Assembly: GCA_003220935.1 (NCBI GenBank)
Contig: QHTT01000066.1
Location: 90,990 to 154,989 of the forward strand
Source: Gemmatimonadota bacterium
GTDB taxonomy: Bacteria > Gemmatimonadota > Gemmatimonadetes > Gemmatimonadales > GWC2-71-9
DNA length: 64,000 nt
Direction of reading: 5' to 3'
Below the pieces are notes generated by a model. That model saw only the letters and a list, made by a program, of their open reading frames with translations. It did no database searches and was not told the origin of the DNA. Positions 1 through 7,898 of the stretch are shown here, one piece after another. Both the position numbers and the translations under genes were made by a program. How positions within the stretch are numbered: the stretch's first letter is position 1; each line of letters opens with the position of its first letter.

Positions 1-408
1 CTCGGCATCGGGCAGGTGTGGGAGGACTTCATCAACGTGGCGGACGTGGTGCTGCCGATGGTCTACCCCAGCCACTACTACCGCGGGGCGTTCGGGCTGG
101 CGTGGCCGAACGGGCAGCCGTATTGCGTCGTGCACGCCGCGTTGAGCGACGCGCTGCAGCGCTCCCGGCCGCACCCCGCCGCCGCCGAGATCCGCCCGTT
201 CCTGCAGGCGTTCACGCTGGGCCGGCGGCTTCCCCGCTACACGCCTTCCGAGATCCGCGAGCAGATCCGCGCGGTCGAAGACCTCGGCATCACGTCGTGG
301 GTGTTGTGGAACCCACGCAGCGTGTACCAGCGGGAATCACTGCGGCCCAAGAAGAGCGCTCCCCCTCCCCCAGGGCGCGAACTCTCCGGCACGACCGGCG
401 GCCGCTAG
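1..408 (+). CDS. C-terminal fragment of a putative glycoside-hydrolase-like protein (DUF4015-type); 5' end lies outside the window
   Basis: Frame 1 is open from base 1 to TAG 406-408 (ORF track 16..408). The motif VLPMVYPSHYY...ITSWVLWNP resembles DUF4015 putative glycosyl hydrolases. The competing frame 18..455 is an Arg/Pro/Ala-rich shadow. Confidence 0.55.
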   Translation, partial: LGIGQVWEDFINVADVVLPMVYPSHYYRGAFGLAWPNGQPYCVVHAALSDALQRSRPHPAAAEIRPFLQAFTLGRRLPRYTPSEIREQIRAVEDLGITSWVLWNPRSVYQRESLRPKKSAPPPPGRELSGTTGGR

Positions 409-412
409 CCCC

Positions 413-497
413 GGCCGTTAGGCCGGGGCGGCCGTTAGGCCGGGGCGACCGTTAGGCCGGGGCGGCCGTCAGCCCGGCGCTCGTCAGGCCCGGGCGC
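413..497. repeat. Five tandem 17-bp units (GGCCGTTAGGCCGGGGC), each hairpin-forming, in a convergent spacer
   Basis: Units 413-429 and 430-446 are identical. Unit 447-463 has one change. Units 464-480 and 481-497 are degenerate. Each unit contains CGGCC-GTTA-GGCCG. Confidence 0.85.
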
Positions 498-504
498 CGC
501 GAGA

Positions 505-2565
505 TCATTCGACAGGAGCGAGCGCCATCCCGGGGTGCCATTCCGTGATGTAGCCCGTGATGGCCGATGCCGCCACGGTATATGGGTTGGCGAGGTAGAG
601 CTGCCCCGGACCCGAGCGGCCCGGAAAGTTGCGGTTGATCGCGCTGATCGTCACTTCATCCCGGGTCTTCGACACACCGGGCCCGGCGTTGATGCAGGCG
701 CCGCACGAGGGCTCGAGAAACATCGCGCCCACCTTGTGGAACAGCTCGAGGTAGCCCCGCTCCTCGCAGTAGCGTTTCACATCCTGAGACCCGCACTGGA
801 TGTAAAACCGCACCCACGGCGCGACGCGGGCGCCCCGCTCCACCGCTTCCGCGAGCACCCGTGCGTACATGTCCATGTCTTCCTTCTTCCCCGCGGTGCA
901 CGAGCCCGCGTACGCGATATCCACGCGGATCCGCCGAGCCGCCGGGTCGATATACTGACCGTTTCCCGGGTCGCCGGGCAGCGCCATCATCGGCCGGATC
1001 GCGCCAGCGTCGATCTCGATCACCTCGCAGTACTCAGCGCCCGGGTCGCTCGTCACGCCGGCGCACAGCCGCTCGGCGTCGCCCCGCGCCAAGCCGCGGT
1101 ACTCCCTCAAGTACTCGACCGTCTTGGCGTCCGGGGCGACGTAGCCGGTGAACCCGCCGACCTCGGCCGTCATGTTGGTCATGGTGGCCCGCTCGTCGAC
1201 GGACAAGGACTCGACAGCATCCCCACAGTATTCGACCAGTTTGCCGATCGCGTGGCCGTTCTTCACATAGGGATGGCGCAAGATCTCGAGCATGAAATCC
1301 TTGGCGGTCACGTTTTCCGGCTTGTGCCCGCGGACGACGACCTTGACGGTTTCGGGGACCGTGAGCCGCACGTCCTTCGTGATCCAGGAATTGAAGATCG
1401 CCGTCGTCCCCACGCCGAACGCCACGCATCCGATCGCGCCCGCGTGCGGGGTGTGGGAGTCCGAGCCGATGATCACCATCCCTGGCTCGGCGTGCCCCTC
1501 GAGCATCTTCGAATGGCAGATCGCCTCGGCGCCGTGGCGACCGAGCCGCAGCTCGCCGTACAGCTTGATCCCCTGCCGCTGCGCGAACGTGCGCTGCTTC
1601 TTCTCGAGCTGGAGCGCGACGTCGAGGAGCCCCTCCCTGACGCGCTCGGGCGTCATCGCTTCGGGGAGGAACGTGAGGTGGTCGCGGAACATGAGGATCG
1701 AGCCGGGATCGTAGACCTGCTCGTTCTCTCCCACGAGCTGCTCGAAAAAGATCGCCGCCATCGGCGTCACGTACTCGTGGCTGAACCGGATGTCGGTGAC
1801 CACAAACCCCTCGTCTCCCGGCTTGACGGCGGGAACGCCGATCCTTCCCCGCGCTGGGTCCACCACCCAACGGCGGGCGATGATCTTCTCGCCGAGCGTC
1901 ATGGGCCGGCGCGGAGTGTCGGGCGGCGCGAGGACGACTTTCCCTTGGAGCCGGGCGACGTTGAAGTTGAACAGCCCGCCGTACTCGATGATGCCGCGCG
2001 TGATCTCGCCCTCGCCTTGGGTGAAGGCTGCGAGCGGAATCGCCTCGCCGCGCCGCACTCGGTCGATGATCGAGAAGTCGGTAGTGGTGAGTATTCCCAG
2101 ATTCTGGCAATTCTCCCGGTAGATCCGCTCGATGTTCTCGGCGATGACCAGCTTGATGCCGGCGCACATCTCGGCGTACGGCGACTGCTCCCGCGACGAG
2201 CCCTTGCCGCGCCGCTTGCCGCTGACCGACGCCACGAAGCCACCGCCCTTCACCGCTCCCCGCGTGATCGGGAACTCCTCGCCGCATTTCAAGCCCAGGT
2301 ACGGGAAGTCGCCCAGCGTTTCGTCGTAGTAGTAGCAGATGTAGGCAGGCGTGATCTCGTCGGTCGAAATGTCGTCGCGCAGCGCGATGGCAGGGGTCCA
2401 GTCCAGGTCCTGCCCCGCAAGCTGGCTGCGCACCAGCGCGGGGTCCTGGGCCAGAAACAGGATACGGCCCTCGAGCCGCACCAGATCGGGGAGCCGCGCG
2501 ACGGCGCGGGCCTGCAACGCTTGCAGCATACGCGAAAGATGAACCCCTTGCTCCGAGCCGAGCAA
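505..2565 (-). CDS. Aconitase-family hydro-lyase with an N-terminal LeuD-like swivel domain fused to a LeuC-like catalytic domain
   Basis: 686-aa ORF. Swivel motifs are ISTDEITPA and GKGSSREQSP...VIAENIERIYRENCQNLGI. The catalytic part follows, with Fe-S ligand motifs GSDSHT, GSCTAG and PSCGACIN. TTG start at 2565; ATG 2529 is an alternative. Confidence 0.85.
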   Translation of the reverse strand: MLGSEQGVHLSRMLQALQARAVARLPDLVRLEGRILFLAQDPALVRSQLAGQDLDWTPAIALRDDISTDEITPAYICYYYDETLGDFPYLGLKCGEEFPITRGAVKGGGFVASVSGKRRGKGSSREQSPYAEMCAGIKLVIAENIERIYRENCQNLGILTTTDFSIIDRVRRGEAIPLAAFTQGEGEITRGIIEYGGLFNFNVARLQGKVVLAPPDTPRRPMTLGEKIIARRWVVDPARGRIGVPAVKPGDEGFVVTDIRFSHEYVTPMAAIFFEQLVGENEQVYDPGSILMFRDHLTFLPEAMTPERVREGLLDVALQLEKKQRTFAQRQGIKLYGELRLGRHGAEAICHSKMLEGHAEPGMVIIGSDSHTPHAGAIGCVAFGVGTTAIFNSWITKDVRLTVPETVKVVVRGHKPENVTAKDFMLEILRHPYVKNGHAIGKLVEYCGDAVESLSVDERATMTNMTAEVGGFTGYVAPDAKTVEYLREYRGLARGDAERLCAGVTSDPGAEYCEVIEIDAGAIRPMMALPGDPGNGQYIDPAARRIRVDIAYAGSCTAGKKEDMDMYARVLAEAVERGARVAPWVRFYIQCGSQDVKRYCEERGYLELFHKVGAMFLEPSCGACINAGPGVSKTRDEVTISAINRNFPGRSGPGQLYLANPYTVAASAITGYITEWHPGMALAPVE

Positions 2566-2609
2566 GACGATTTGCTTCCGGGCACCTGACCGGACGCTGG
2601 AGCTCGAGG

Positions 2610-4241
2610 ATGTCTCCGTGCTGTCGATTCGCTGTCACGATGCTGCTCGCCACGCCGCTCGCAGCGCTCGGCGGCCAGCAACGGGCACCCGCGTTGCCGC
2701 CCGTGAGCACCGCGGCGATGGACGCCCACCTTCGCTATCTGTCCGACGACCTGCTTGAGGGGCGTGCCCCCGGGACGCGCGGCGGCCGCCTCGCGGCTCA
2801 GTACATCGCGGCGCAGTTCCAGGCGCTCGGTCTCGCGCCTGCCGGGCCCGACGGCTCCTACTTCCAGCCGGTCGCGCTCGTCGGCTTGACGCCGCATCCG
2901 TCGCTCGTGTGGGGCACGTCCGGCGCGCCGCAACCACTCAAGCCGCTCGACGACTTCGTTGCATGGGCCGAGCGCCCGGAGCCCGAGATCACGGCTGACG
3001 GCGACGTCGTTTTCCTGGGCTACGGCATTCAGGCGCCCGAGTGGCACTGGGACGACTACAAGGATGTGAGCGTGCGCGGCAAGGTCCTGCTGCTGCTGGT
3101 GAACGACCCGGGGCTCCAGGATTCGACGGTTTTCAACGGCCGCGCGCTCACCTACTACGGCCGCTGGACTTACAAGCTCGAGGAGGCCGCCCGGCACGGC
3201 GTGCTCGGCGTTCTCCTCATTCACACCACCGCGAGCGCGACGTACCCGTGGGAGGTGGTGCGCGGGTCGTGGTCGGTGGAGCAGTTCAAGCTGGACCGTG
3301 CGGCGCCGCAGAGCATCGCGTTCGCCGGGTGGGTCACCGCCGACGCCGCCCGGGCTGCGCTCGCCCGCGCCGGCTTCAACCTCGACTCCCTGACACGCGC
3401 CGCCGCGCGGCGGGACTTCCGGCCCGTCCCGACCGGCTTGCACGTGGCGGTGGACATCATCAGCGCGCTCCGTCGCGTCCGGTCCGAGAACGTGGTGGCG
3501 AAGCTGCCGGGCAGCGACCCCAGACTCGCGAGCCAGGTCGTGCTGTTCACCGCTCATTGGGACCACAAGGGGATCGGGCCCGCGGTCAACGGTGACTCGA
3601 TCTACAACGGCGCGGAGGACAACGGGTCCGGCGTCGCCGCGATGCTCGCGGCGGCCCAGGCGCTCAGCCACGCCACGCCGCCGCCGCGGCGCACCCTGCT
3701 GTTCGTCGCGACCACGGCCGAGGAGAGCGGCCTGCTCGGCAGCCAGGCGTACGTGGAAGGCCCGCTCACGCCGCTCGAGCGCACGGCAGCGGTGCTCAAC
3801 CTCGATGTCACGAACGTGCGCGGCGCCACGCGGGACATCGACGCCCTCGGGATCGACCGCTCCACGCTCGGGCCAGTGTTCGCAGCCGCGGCGCGGGCCG
3901 AGTCGCTCGCGGTCGTCCACGAGCCGGACGTGCGTGGCTCGTTCTACCGGTCGGACCACTTCCCCTTTGCACGAGCCGGGGTGCCGGCGCTCTCGATTGA
4001 GGCGGGAAGAGATTTCATCGGGCGGCCTGCCGGATGGGGCAAAGAGCAGGATGAGCTGTACAACCGCGAGCGCTACCATCGGCCGAGCGACGAATACCGC
4101 CCGACGTTCACCTACGAAGGGATGGCGCAGGAGGTCCGCGTCACGATGTGGGTGGCTCTCGCAGTGGCGAATGCGCCGGAGTTGCCGCGCTGGTTGCCGA
4201 CCTCAGAGTTCCAGCGTCAAACCCGCCAGCCGACGCCCTGA
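2610..4241 (+). CDS. Secreted M28-family metallopeptidase with PA domain
   Basis: 543 aa with a signal peptide. Motifs are HWDHKG, NGAEDNGSGVA, TAEESGLLGS and YHRPSDE. An SD-like GAGG lies directly upstream of the ATG. Confidence 0.85.
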   Translation: MSPCCRFAVTMLLATPLAALGGQQRAPALPPVSTAAMDAHLRYLSDDLLEGRAPGTRGGRLAAQYIAAQFQALGLAPAGPDGSYFQPVALVGLTPHPSLVWGTSGAPQPLKPLDDFVAWAERPEPEITADGDVVFLGYGIQAPEWHWDDYKDVSVRGKVLLLLVNDPGLQDSTVFNGRALTYYGRWTYKLEEAARHGVLGVLLIHTTASATYPWEVVRGSWSVEQFKLDRAAPQSIAFAGWVTADAARAALARAGFNLDSLTRAAARRDFRPVPTGLHVAVDIISALRRVRSENVVAKLPGSDPRLASQVVLFTAHWDHKGIGPAVNGDSIYNGAEDNGSGVAAMLAAAQALSHATPPPRRTLLFVATTAEESGLLGSQAYVEGPLTPLERTAAVLNLDVTNVRGATRDIDALGIDRSTLGPVFAAAARAESLAVVHEPDVRGSFYRSDHFPFARAGVPALSIEAGRDFIGRPAGWGKEQDELYNRERYHRPSDEYRPTFTYEGMAQEVRVTMWVALAVANAPELPRWLPTSEFQRQTRQPTP

Positions 4242-4311
4242 GTGCAATCCGTTGCATTGCGCCTAATGTGCCGAGCAGAAATCAGTTACGGGTCTCGCCT
4301 CGGTCAGCTCT

Positions 4312-4364
4312 CCGGCGCCTCTGGCCGATTCGGAGGCCGCCGAATAAGTTTGCGCCCGCTTTTT
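4312..4364 (+). terminator. Possible intrinsic terminator of the M28 gene
   Basis: Imperfect stem CCGGCGCCTC / GAGGCCGCCG (4312-4342), followed by A/T-rich sequence and a T5 run at 4360-4364. Confidence 0.3.
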
Positions 4365-4429
4365 GACAGTCCCGTCTCCCGCACTCGTCACCGCGGAGCG
4401 AGCACCTGGAACTCCCGACGTCCCACCGG

Positions 4430-5545
4430 TTGCCGCTGTCCTGGCTGCTCGAGGCGGCGAGCCCACCGCTCCAATACCGCGCCTACGCCGAAGTTGTCCG
4501 GGAAAGCGATCGCGATCCGGAACGCCTCGCCGCGCTGCGCCAGGCCGTGCTGGGGCACAAGGTCGCTCAGGCGATCGCCCGCAAGCAGAAGTCGACGGGG
4601 CTGTGGGGCGGCAACCTGCTTGGGCCCGTCGCCTCGAAGGCATACGGTTGGAGTGAGCCCGGAACCGTGTTTCAGTACCGCCGCTTGCTCGAGCTGGGCT
4701 GGCCGCCGACCGAGCGGCCGTTCAGGCTCGCGGACCGGCTGCTGTTCCAGCTGCTGTCGCGCATCGAGCCGGACGACCCGGACCGGGCGGTCGCGCAGCG
4801 GGCTCAGGAGCTGCTGGCAGAGTACCAAAAGCCCTCCCGGACGGACCCCGGGCTGGGCCGCTGGGCACGGCGGCTCGGCCGCGAGGCGTCGGGGTGCGCG
4901 CTCGCGCGCGCCGGCCACATCGACGACCCGCGAGTGCGCGGGACCGCGCATACGATCGCTAGCAACATATCCCAGTTCCTGCGCAGCGAGCTCGCGGCGA
5001 AGCCGTTCAGGAAGGCGCACGGCAAGACCGTGCTCGAGCCCGCTGCCTACCCGCCCACGGTGTTCGCGGTCGAGATGCTCGCCTTCCTCCCTCCGGTGCA
5101 GCGGGAGCGCGCGGGGTTCATCGAGCGGTTAGGCCAGTATTTCTCGTCGCCGGCGCCGCGTCGCGCATTTTTCATCCTGGCCGGCAAGAAGCTGTTCAAG
5201 CCGCTGTTCGAGCTGCTGGGCGATCCCCTGCGCTCGGACGCGCAAGGCCACGTCAGCGACATTCCGTTCGCCGTGTACTGGCTCGAGCTCCTGGCCCGGC
5301 TCGGCCTGGCGCGCCAGATCCCGAGCGCCAACCGCGTGCTCGCCCGCCTCTACAGTGAGTGCGACGACCAGGGGATCTGGAGCCCGAACGGCCTGCGGGC
5401 CATGCCCAAGGCCACGAATCCTGTCACGGCCCACTACTTCCCCCTCGAAGGGCCCGGGAAGAGCCCCGCCCAGCGACAGACCGATGTGACGTTTCGGCTG
5501 GCGCTGATCGCACGGCTCATGGGGATCCCGGTCGAGGTGGCGTGA
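4430..5545 (+). CDS. Hypothetical protein (no family recognised)
   Basis: 371-aa ORF with balanced composition (K, Y, F, W, I present), unlike the overlapping shadow ORFs. The TTG start is uncertain. Confidence 0.6.
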   Translation: MPLSWLLEAASPPLQYRAYAEVVRESDRDPERLAALRQAVLGHKVAQAIARKQKSTGLWGGNLLGPVASKAYGWSEPGTVFQYRRLLELGWPPTERPFRLADRLLFQLLSRIEPDDPDRAVAQRAQELLAEYQKPSRTDPGLGRWARRLGREASGCALARAGHIDDPRVRGTAHTIASNISQFLRSELAAKPFRKAHGKTVLEPAAYPPTVFAVEMLAFLPPVQRERAGFIERLGQYFSSPAPRRAFFILAGKKLFKPLFELLGDPLRSDAQGHVSDIPFAVYWLELLARLGLARQIPSANRVLARLYSECDDQGIWSPNGLRAMPKATNPVTAHYFPLEGPGKSPAQRQTDVTFRLALIARLMGIPVEVA

Positions 5546-5599
5546 GCGGCGCGGGGGGACGGGGCGCAGGGTGAGTACAACCTTGCGGTAAGCGTGTGG

Positions 5600-5629
5600 A
5601 TAACGTAGTAGTAATTACTACTACGTTAT
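5600..5629. promoter_or_regulatory. Perfect 30-bp AT-rich palindrome ATAACGTAGTAGTAA|TTACTACTACGTTAT; candidate operator or RNA hairpin
   Basis: The reverse complement of 5600-5614 equals 5615-5629 exactly. Its last 2 nt are the first 2 nt of the ATG at 5628. Confidence 0.8.
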
Positions 5630-6290
5630 GGCGACCGTTGACCTCACTCCGTTCGGATTCACCCCCACGGAGTCCGTCGTCTATTCGGCTTTGCTGCGGC
5701 TCGGCCCAGCCACGGGATACGGAGTGAGCCGCGCCACGCGGCTCGCCCGCGCCAACGCCTACGCCGCGCTCGCCGGGCTCGTCGACCGCGGGGCGGCGTA
5801 CCGCACCGCCGGCCGCCCCGTGCAGTATCGGCCCACCGATCCCCAAGCGCTGCTCGCTCACCTCGCCGCCCAGCAGGGAGAGGCACTCGACCGGCTGAGT
5901 CGCGCCCTGGAGAACGCGAGCCAGCCAGCGGAGCCCGAAACGCGCGTCGTGGCGGGCGCCCGCGCCGTGGCCAATCTGATTCAGCAGCTGGTCGCGCGGG
6001 CCGACCAGGCGGTCCAGGGGATCCTGGCCGCGGAGCTGTGGCGGCCGACGCTGCCCGCGTGGCGGCGCGCCGCCACCCGGGCGGTGCTCGACGTCCGTCT
6101 GGCGGGCGAGAGCTCCGACACCGAGGGCATCACCAAGAGCGCGGTCCCCGCAGGCACGCCCACGCTGCTGCTGATCGACGACTCCCGCGTGCTGACCGTC
6201 GCGGGGACGGGCGAGCAGATTACGGCGTTGTGGAGCACCCATCCGCTCATCGCGACGCTGGCCCGCGCCGCGCTGCGCACCCTCACCTGA
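5628..6290 (+). CDS. TrmB-family (winged-helix) transcriptional regulator
   Basis: 220 aa. The N-terminal wHTH FGFTPTESVVYSALLRLGPATGYGVSRATRLARANAYAALAGLVDRGA is typical of TrmB-like regulators. Confidence 0.7.
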   Translation: MATVDLTPFGFTPTESVVYSALLRLGPATGYGVSRATRLARANAYAALAGLVDRGAAYRTAGRPVQYRPTDPQALLAHLAAQQGEALDRLSRALENASQPAEPETRVVAGARAVANLIQQLVARADQAVQGILAAELWRPTLPAWRRAATRAVLDVRLAGESSDTEGITKSAVPAGTPTLLLIDDSRVLTVAGTGEQITALWSTHPLIATLARAALRTLT

Positions 6291-7291
6291 TGCGCCGGCA
6301 GACGCTCGCGCTGTGTGCGACGCTCGCCGCCGCGTGCCGTGCGGCGCCGATTCCGGACGGCGAGCGGTTCCCGGCAGGCACGCAATTCACGGCGCGCTTC
6401 CTTCAGCTCGGCGACACCAAGGTCCGTTACGTGGATGCGGGGGAGGGGACCGCGGTGATCTTCATCCACGGGCTGGGGGCGTCTCTGTACGCCTGGCGGA
6501 AAAACCTCGCCCCCGTGATGGCGGCGGGATTCCGAGTGGTGGCATTCGACAATCGGGGCTTCGGCTCCTCCGACAAACCGGCGCACGGGTACACGAACGC
6601 CGCCTATGCACGCCTCGTGGCCGCATTGATGGACTCCCTGCACCTCCCCGATGCCGTGCTCGTGGGCCACTCGATGGGGGGCGAGGTCGCCGGCGAGGTG
6701 GCGATCGCCTTTCCGCACCGTGTGCGCGCACTGGCCCTGATCGGGGCAGTGGGACTCGGTACGCGCCAGCCGCTGCTGTTCCGAATCGCCCGGTGGCCCG
6801 TGCTCGGGCCCGCGATCCTCGCATTCCGGGGCCGGGGATTCGTCGCGCGCCTGCTCAAGTCCACGTATGCCGACCCCAGCAAGGTGGGCGAGGCAGATGT
6901 CGATCAGTACTATGCCCCGGTCGCCGAGCCGGACTACGGTCGGGCGCTGCGGGGAGTGCTGCGGGAGTTCCGGTTGGACGGCCTGGCAGGGCGGCTCGGC
7001 GCGATTCAGGCACCGACGCTGGTGCTGTGGGGCGAAGCGGACAGCTGGGTGCCGATCACCTTGGGCCGCGCGCTAGCCGCGCAGCTCGAGCGCTCGGCGT
7101 TCCTCTCCGTGCCGCACGCCGGACACTCGGTGCAAGAGGAAGCGCCCGGGGAGGTGAACCGACTCTTGATCAAGTTCCTCAAGCAGGGTCTGCCGCGAGT
7201 ACCCGAGAACCTCGCATCGGTCGCGGACTGGCGCGGCCATGGCGAAAGTATAGATTTCATCAACCGAATGGTTGACACAGCAGGGCGTTGA
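6290..7291 (+). CDS. Lipoprotein alpha/beta-fold hydrolase
   Basis: ATG 6290 overlaps the upstream TGA (TGATG). Lipobox in MRRQTLALCATLAAAC. Motifs are HGLGAS, nucleophile elbow GHSMGG and PHAGHSVQEE. The ORF-track start at 6038 lies inside the upstream gene and was rejected. Confidence 0.85.
   Translation: MRRQTLALCATLAAACRAAPIPDGERFPAGTQFTARFLQLGDTKVRYVDAGEGTAVIFIHGLGASLYAWRKNLAPVMAAGFRVVAFDNRGFGSSDKPAHGYTNAAYARLVAALMDSLHLPDAVLVGHSMGGEVAGEVAIAFPHRVRALALIGAVGLGTRQPLLFRIARWPVLGPAILAFRGRGFVARLLKSTYADPSKVGEADVDQYYAPVAEPDYGRALRGVLREFRLDGLAGRLGAIQAPTLVLWGEADSWVPITLGRALAAQLERSAFLSVPHAGHSVQEEAPGEVNRLLIKFLKQGLPRVPENLASVADWRGHGESIDFINRMVDTAGR
7260..7275. promoter_or_regulatory. Inverted repeat TCAACC-GAAT-GGTTGA; candidate TetR operator
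   Basis: 6-bp arms with a 4-bp spacer in a locally AT-rich patch, 13 nt upstream of the TetR start and inside the 3' end of the hydrolase CDS. Confidence 0.4.
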
Positions 7292-7878
7292 AGCCTAAGC
7301 TAAGCAACCCCAGAGCATTGCGGATCATCACTGCCGCCCGGGACGAGTTCGCCAGGCGCGGCTTCGATGGCGCCCGCGTGGACCAGATCGCTCGGCGCGC
7401 CGGTGTCAACAAGCAGCTGCTGTTCTACTACTTCCACTCCAAGCGCGGCTTGTTCAACACCGTGCTCACGCGCGGCGCCGCCGAGCTGGAGCAGGCGCTC
7501 GCCTCGCTCGCCATCGGCGGCGATGGGCCGCTCGATCGCTTGGCCGCGGCGCTGGCGGCACAGTTCGACTTTCTCGCCGCCCACCCCGACCTTGTGACGC
7601 TGCTCACGCAAGCCGGCCGATCCGATGCCCGGCCGTTTGCGCCGGCCATCAAGCGGTTGGTCATTCTGATCGCTGAGGGACAAGGGCTGGGCCAGGTGCG
7701 CGACGACGTCGACCCGCACGTAGCGGCGGCGCAGGCCCTGGTGCTCATGGTCGCCTATCTCGGCCTCGAATCGCTCATTGCCGCGAGTGCGCCACCACTC
7801 GGCGCCGACGAGCCGGCGTTGCGCGAGCGCTGGAAGGAAGCCGCGGTGAAGCTGGTGCTGGAGGGAGTGAGGGCCTAG
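7288..7878 (+). CDS. TetR/AcrR-family transcriptional regulator
   Basis: 196 aa. HTH motif GFDGARVDQIARRAGVNKQLLFYYFHSKRGLF. TTG start 7288 overlaps the hydrolase TGA; in-frame TTG 7318 is an alternative. Confidence 0.85.
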   Translation: MKPKLSNPRALRIITAARDEFARRGFDGARVDQIARRAGVNKQLLFYYFHSKRGLFNTVLTRGAAELEQALASLAIGGDGPLDRLAAALAAQFDFLAAHPDLVTLLTQAGRSDARPFAPAIKRLVILIAEGQGLGQVRDDVDPHVAAAQALVLMVAYLGLESLIAASAPPLGADEPALRERWKEAAVKLVLEGVRA

Positions 7879-7898
7879 ACAGAGACCTCAAGGCCCCG

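Noticed and set aside
409-455. Possible stop-codon read-through or alternative-frame coding of the 17-bp repeat array (the tail of ORF 18..455)
   Set aside because: In-frame read-through hits another TAG after 9 codons. The alternative frame is the Arg/Pro-rich shadow of the real gene.
535-2589. A 684-aa plus-strand ORF antisense to the aconitase-family gene. Similar cases are 10192..12066, 18173..20371, 20358..21953, 29596..32082, 33360..34514 and 43108..44505.
   Set aside because: All are mirror ORFs of genes with strong family motifs. Their translations are low-complexity (R, A, G, P, H, D) and lack any conserved signatures.
5595-5603. A perfect DnaA-box 9-mer TGTGGATAA, plus two near-boxes in the arms of the hairpin at 56144-56174
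   Set aside because: These are isolated single boxes embedded in a palindrome and a terminator stem. There is no box cluster, no AT-rich unwinding element and no adjacent dnaA/dnaN, so there is no support for an oriC.
6038-6289. N-terminal extensions offered by the ORF track. Examples are the hydrolase from 6038, the DUF5916 protein from 10637, proline dehydrogenase from 29912, the FadJ-like gene from 32262, thiolase from 33011, glpD from 32523, the ATP-grasp gene from 41251 and the lipoprotein from 51186.
   Set aside because: The extensions overlap the upstream gene in another frame and are Arg-rich. Each is followed by an internal start with an SD, a signal peptide or a family-typical N-terminus.
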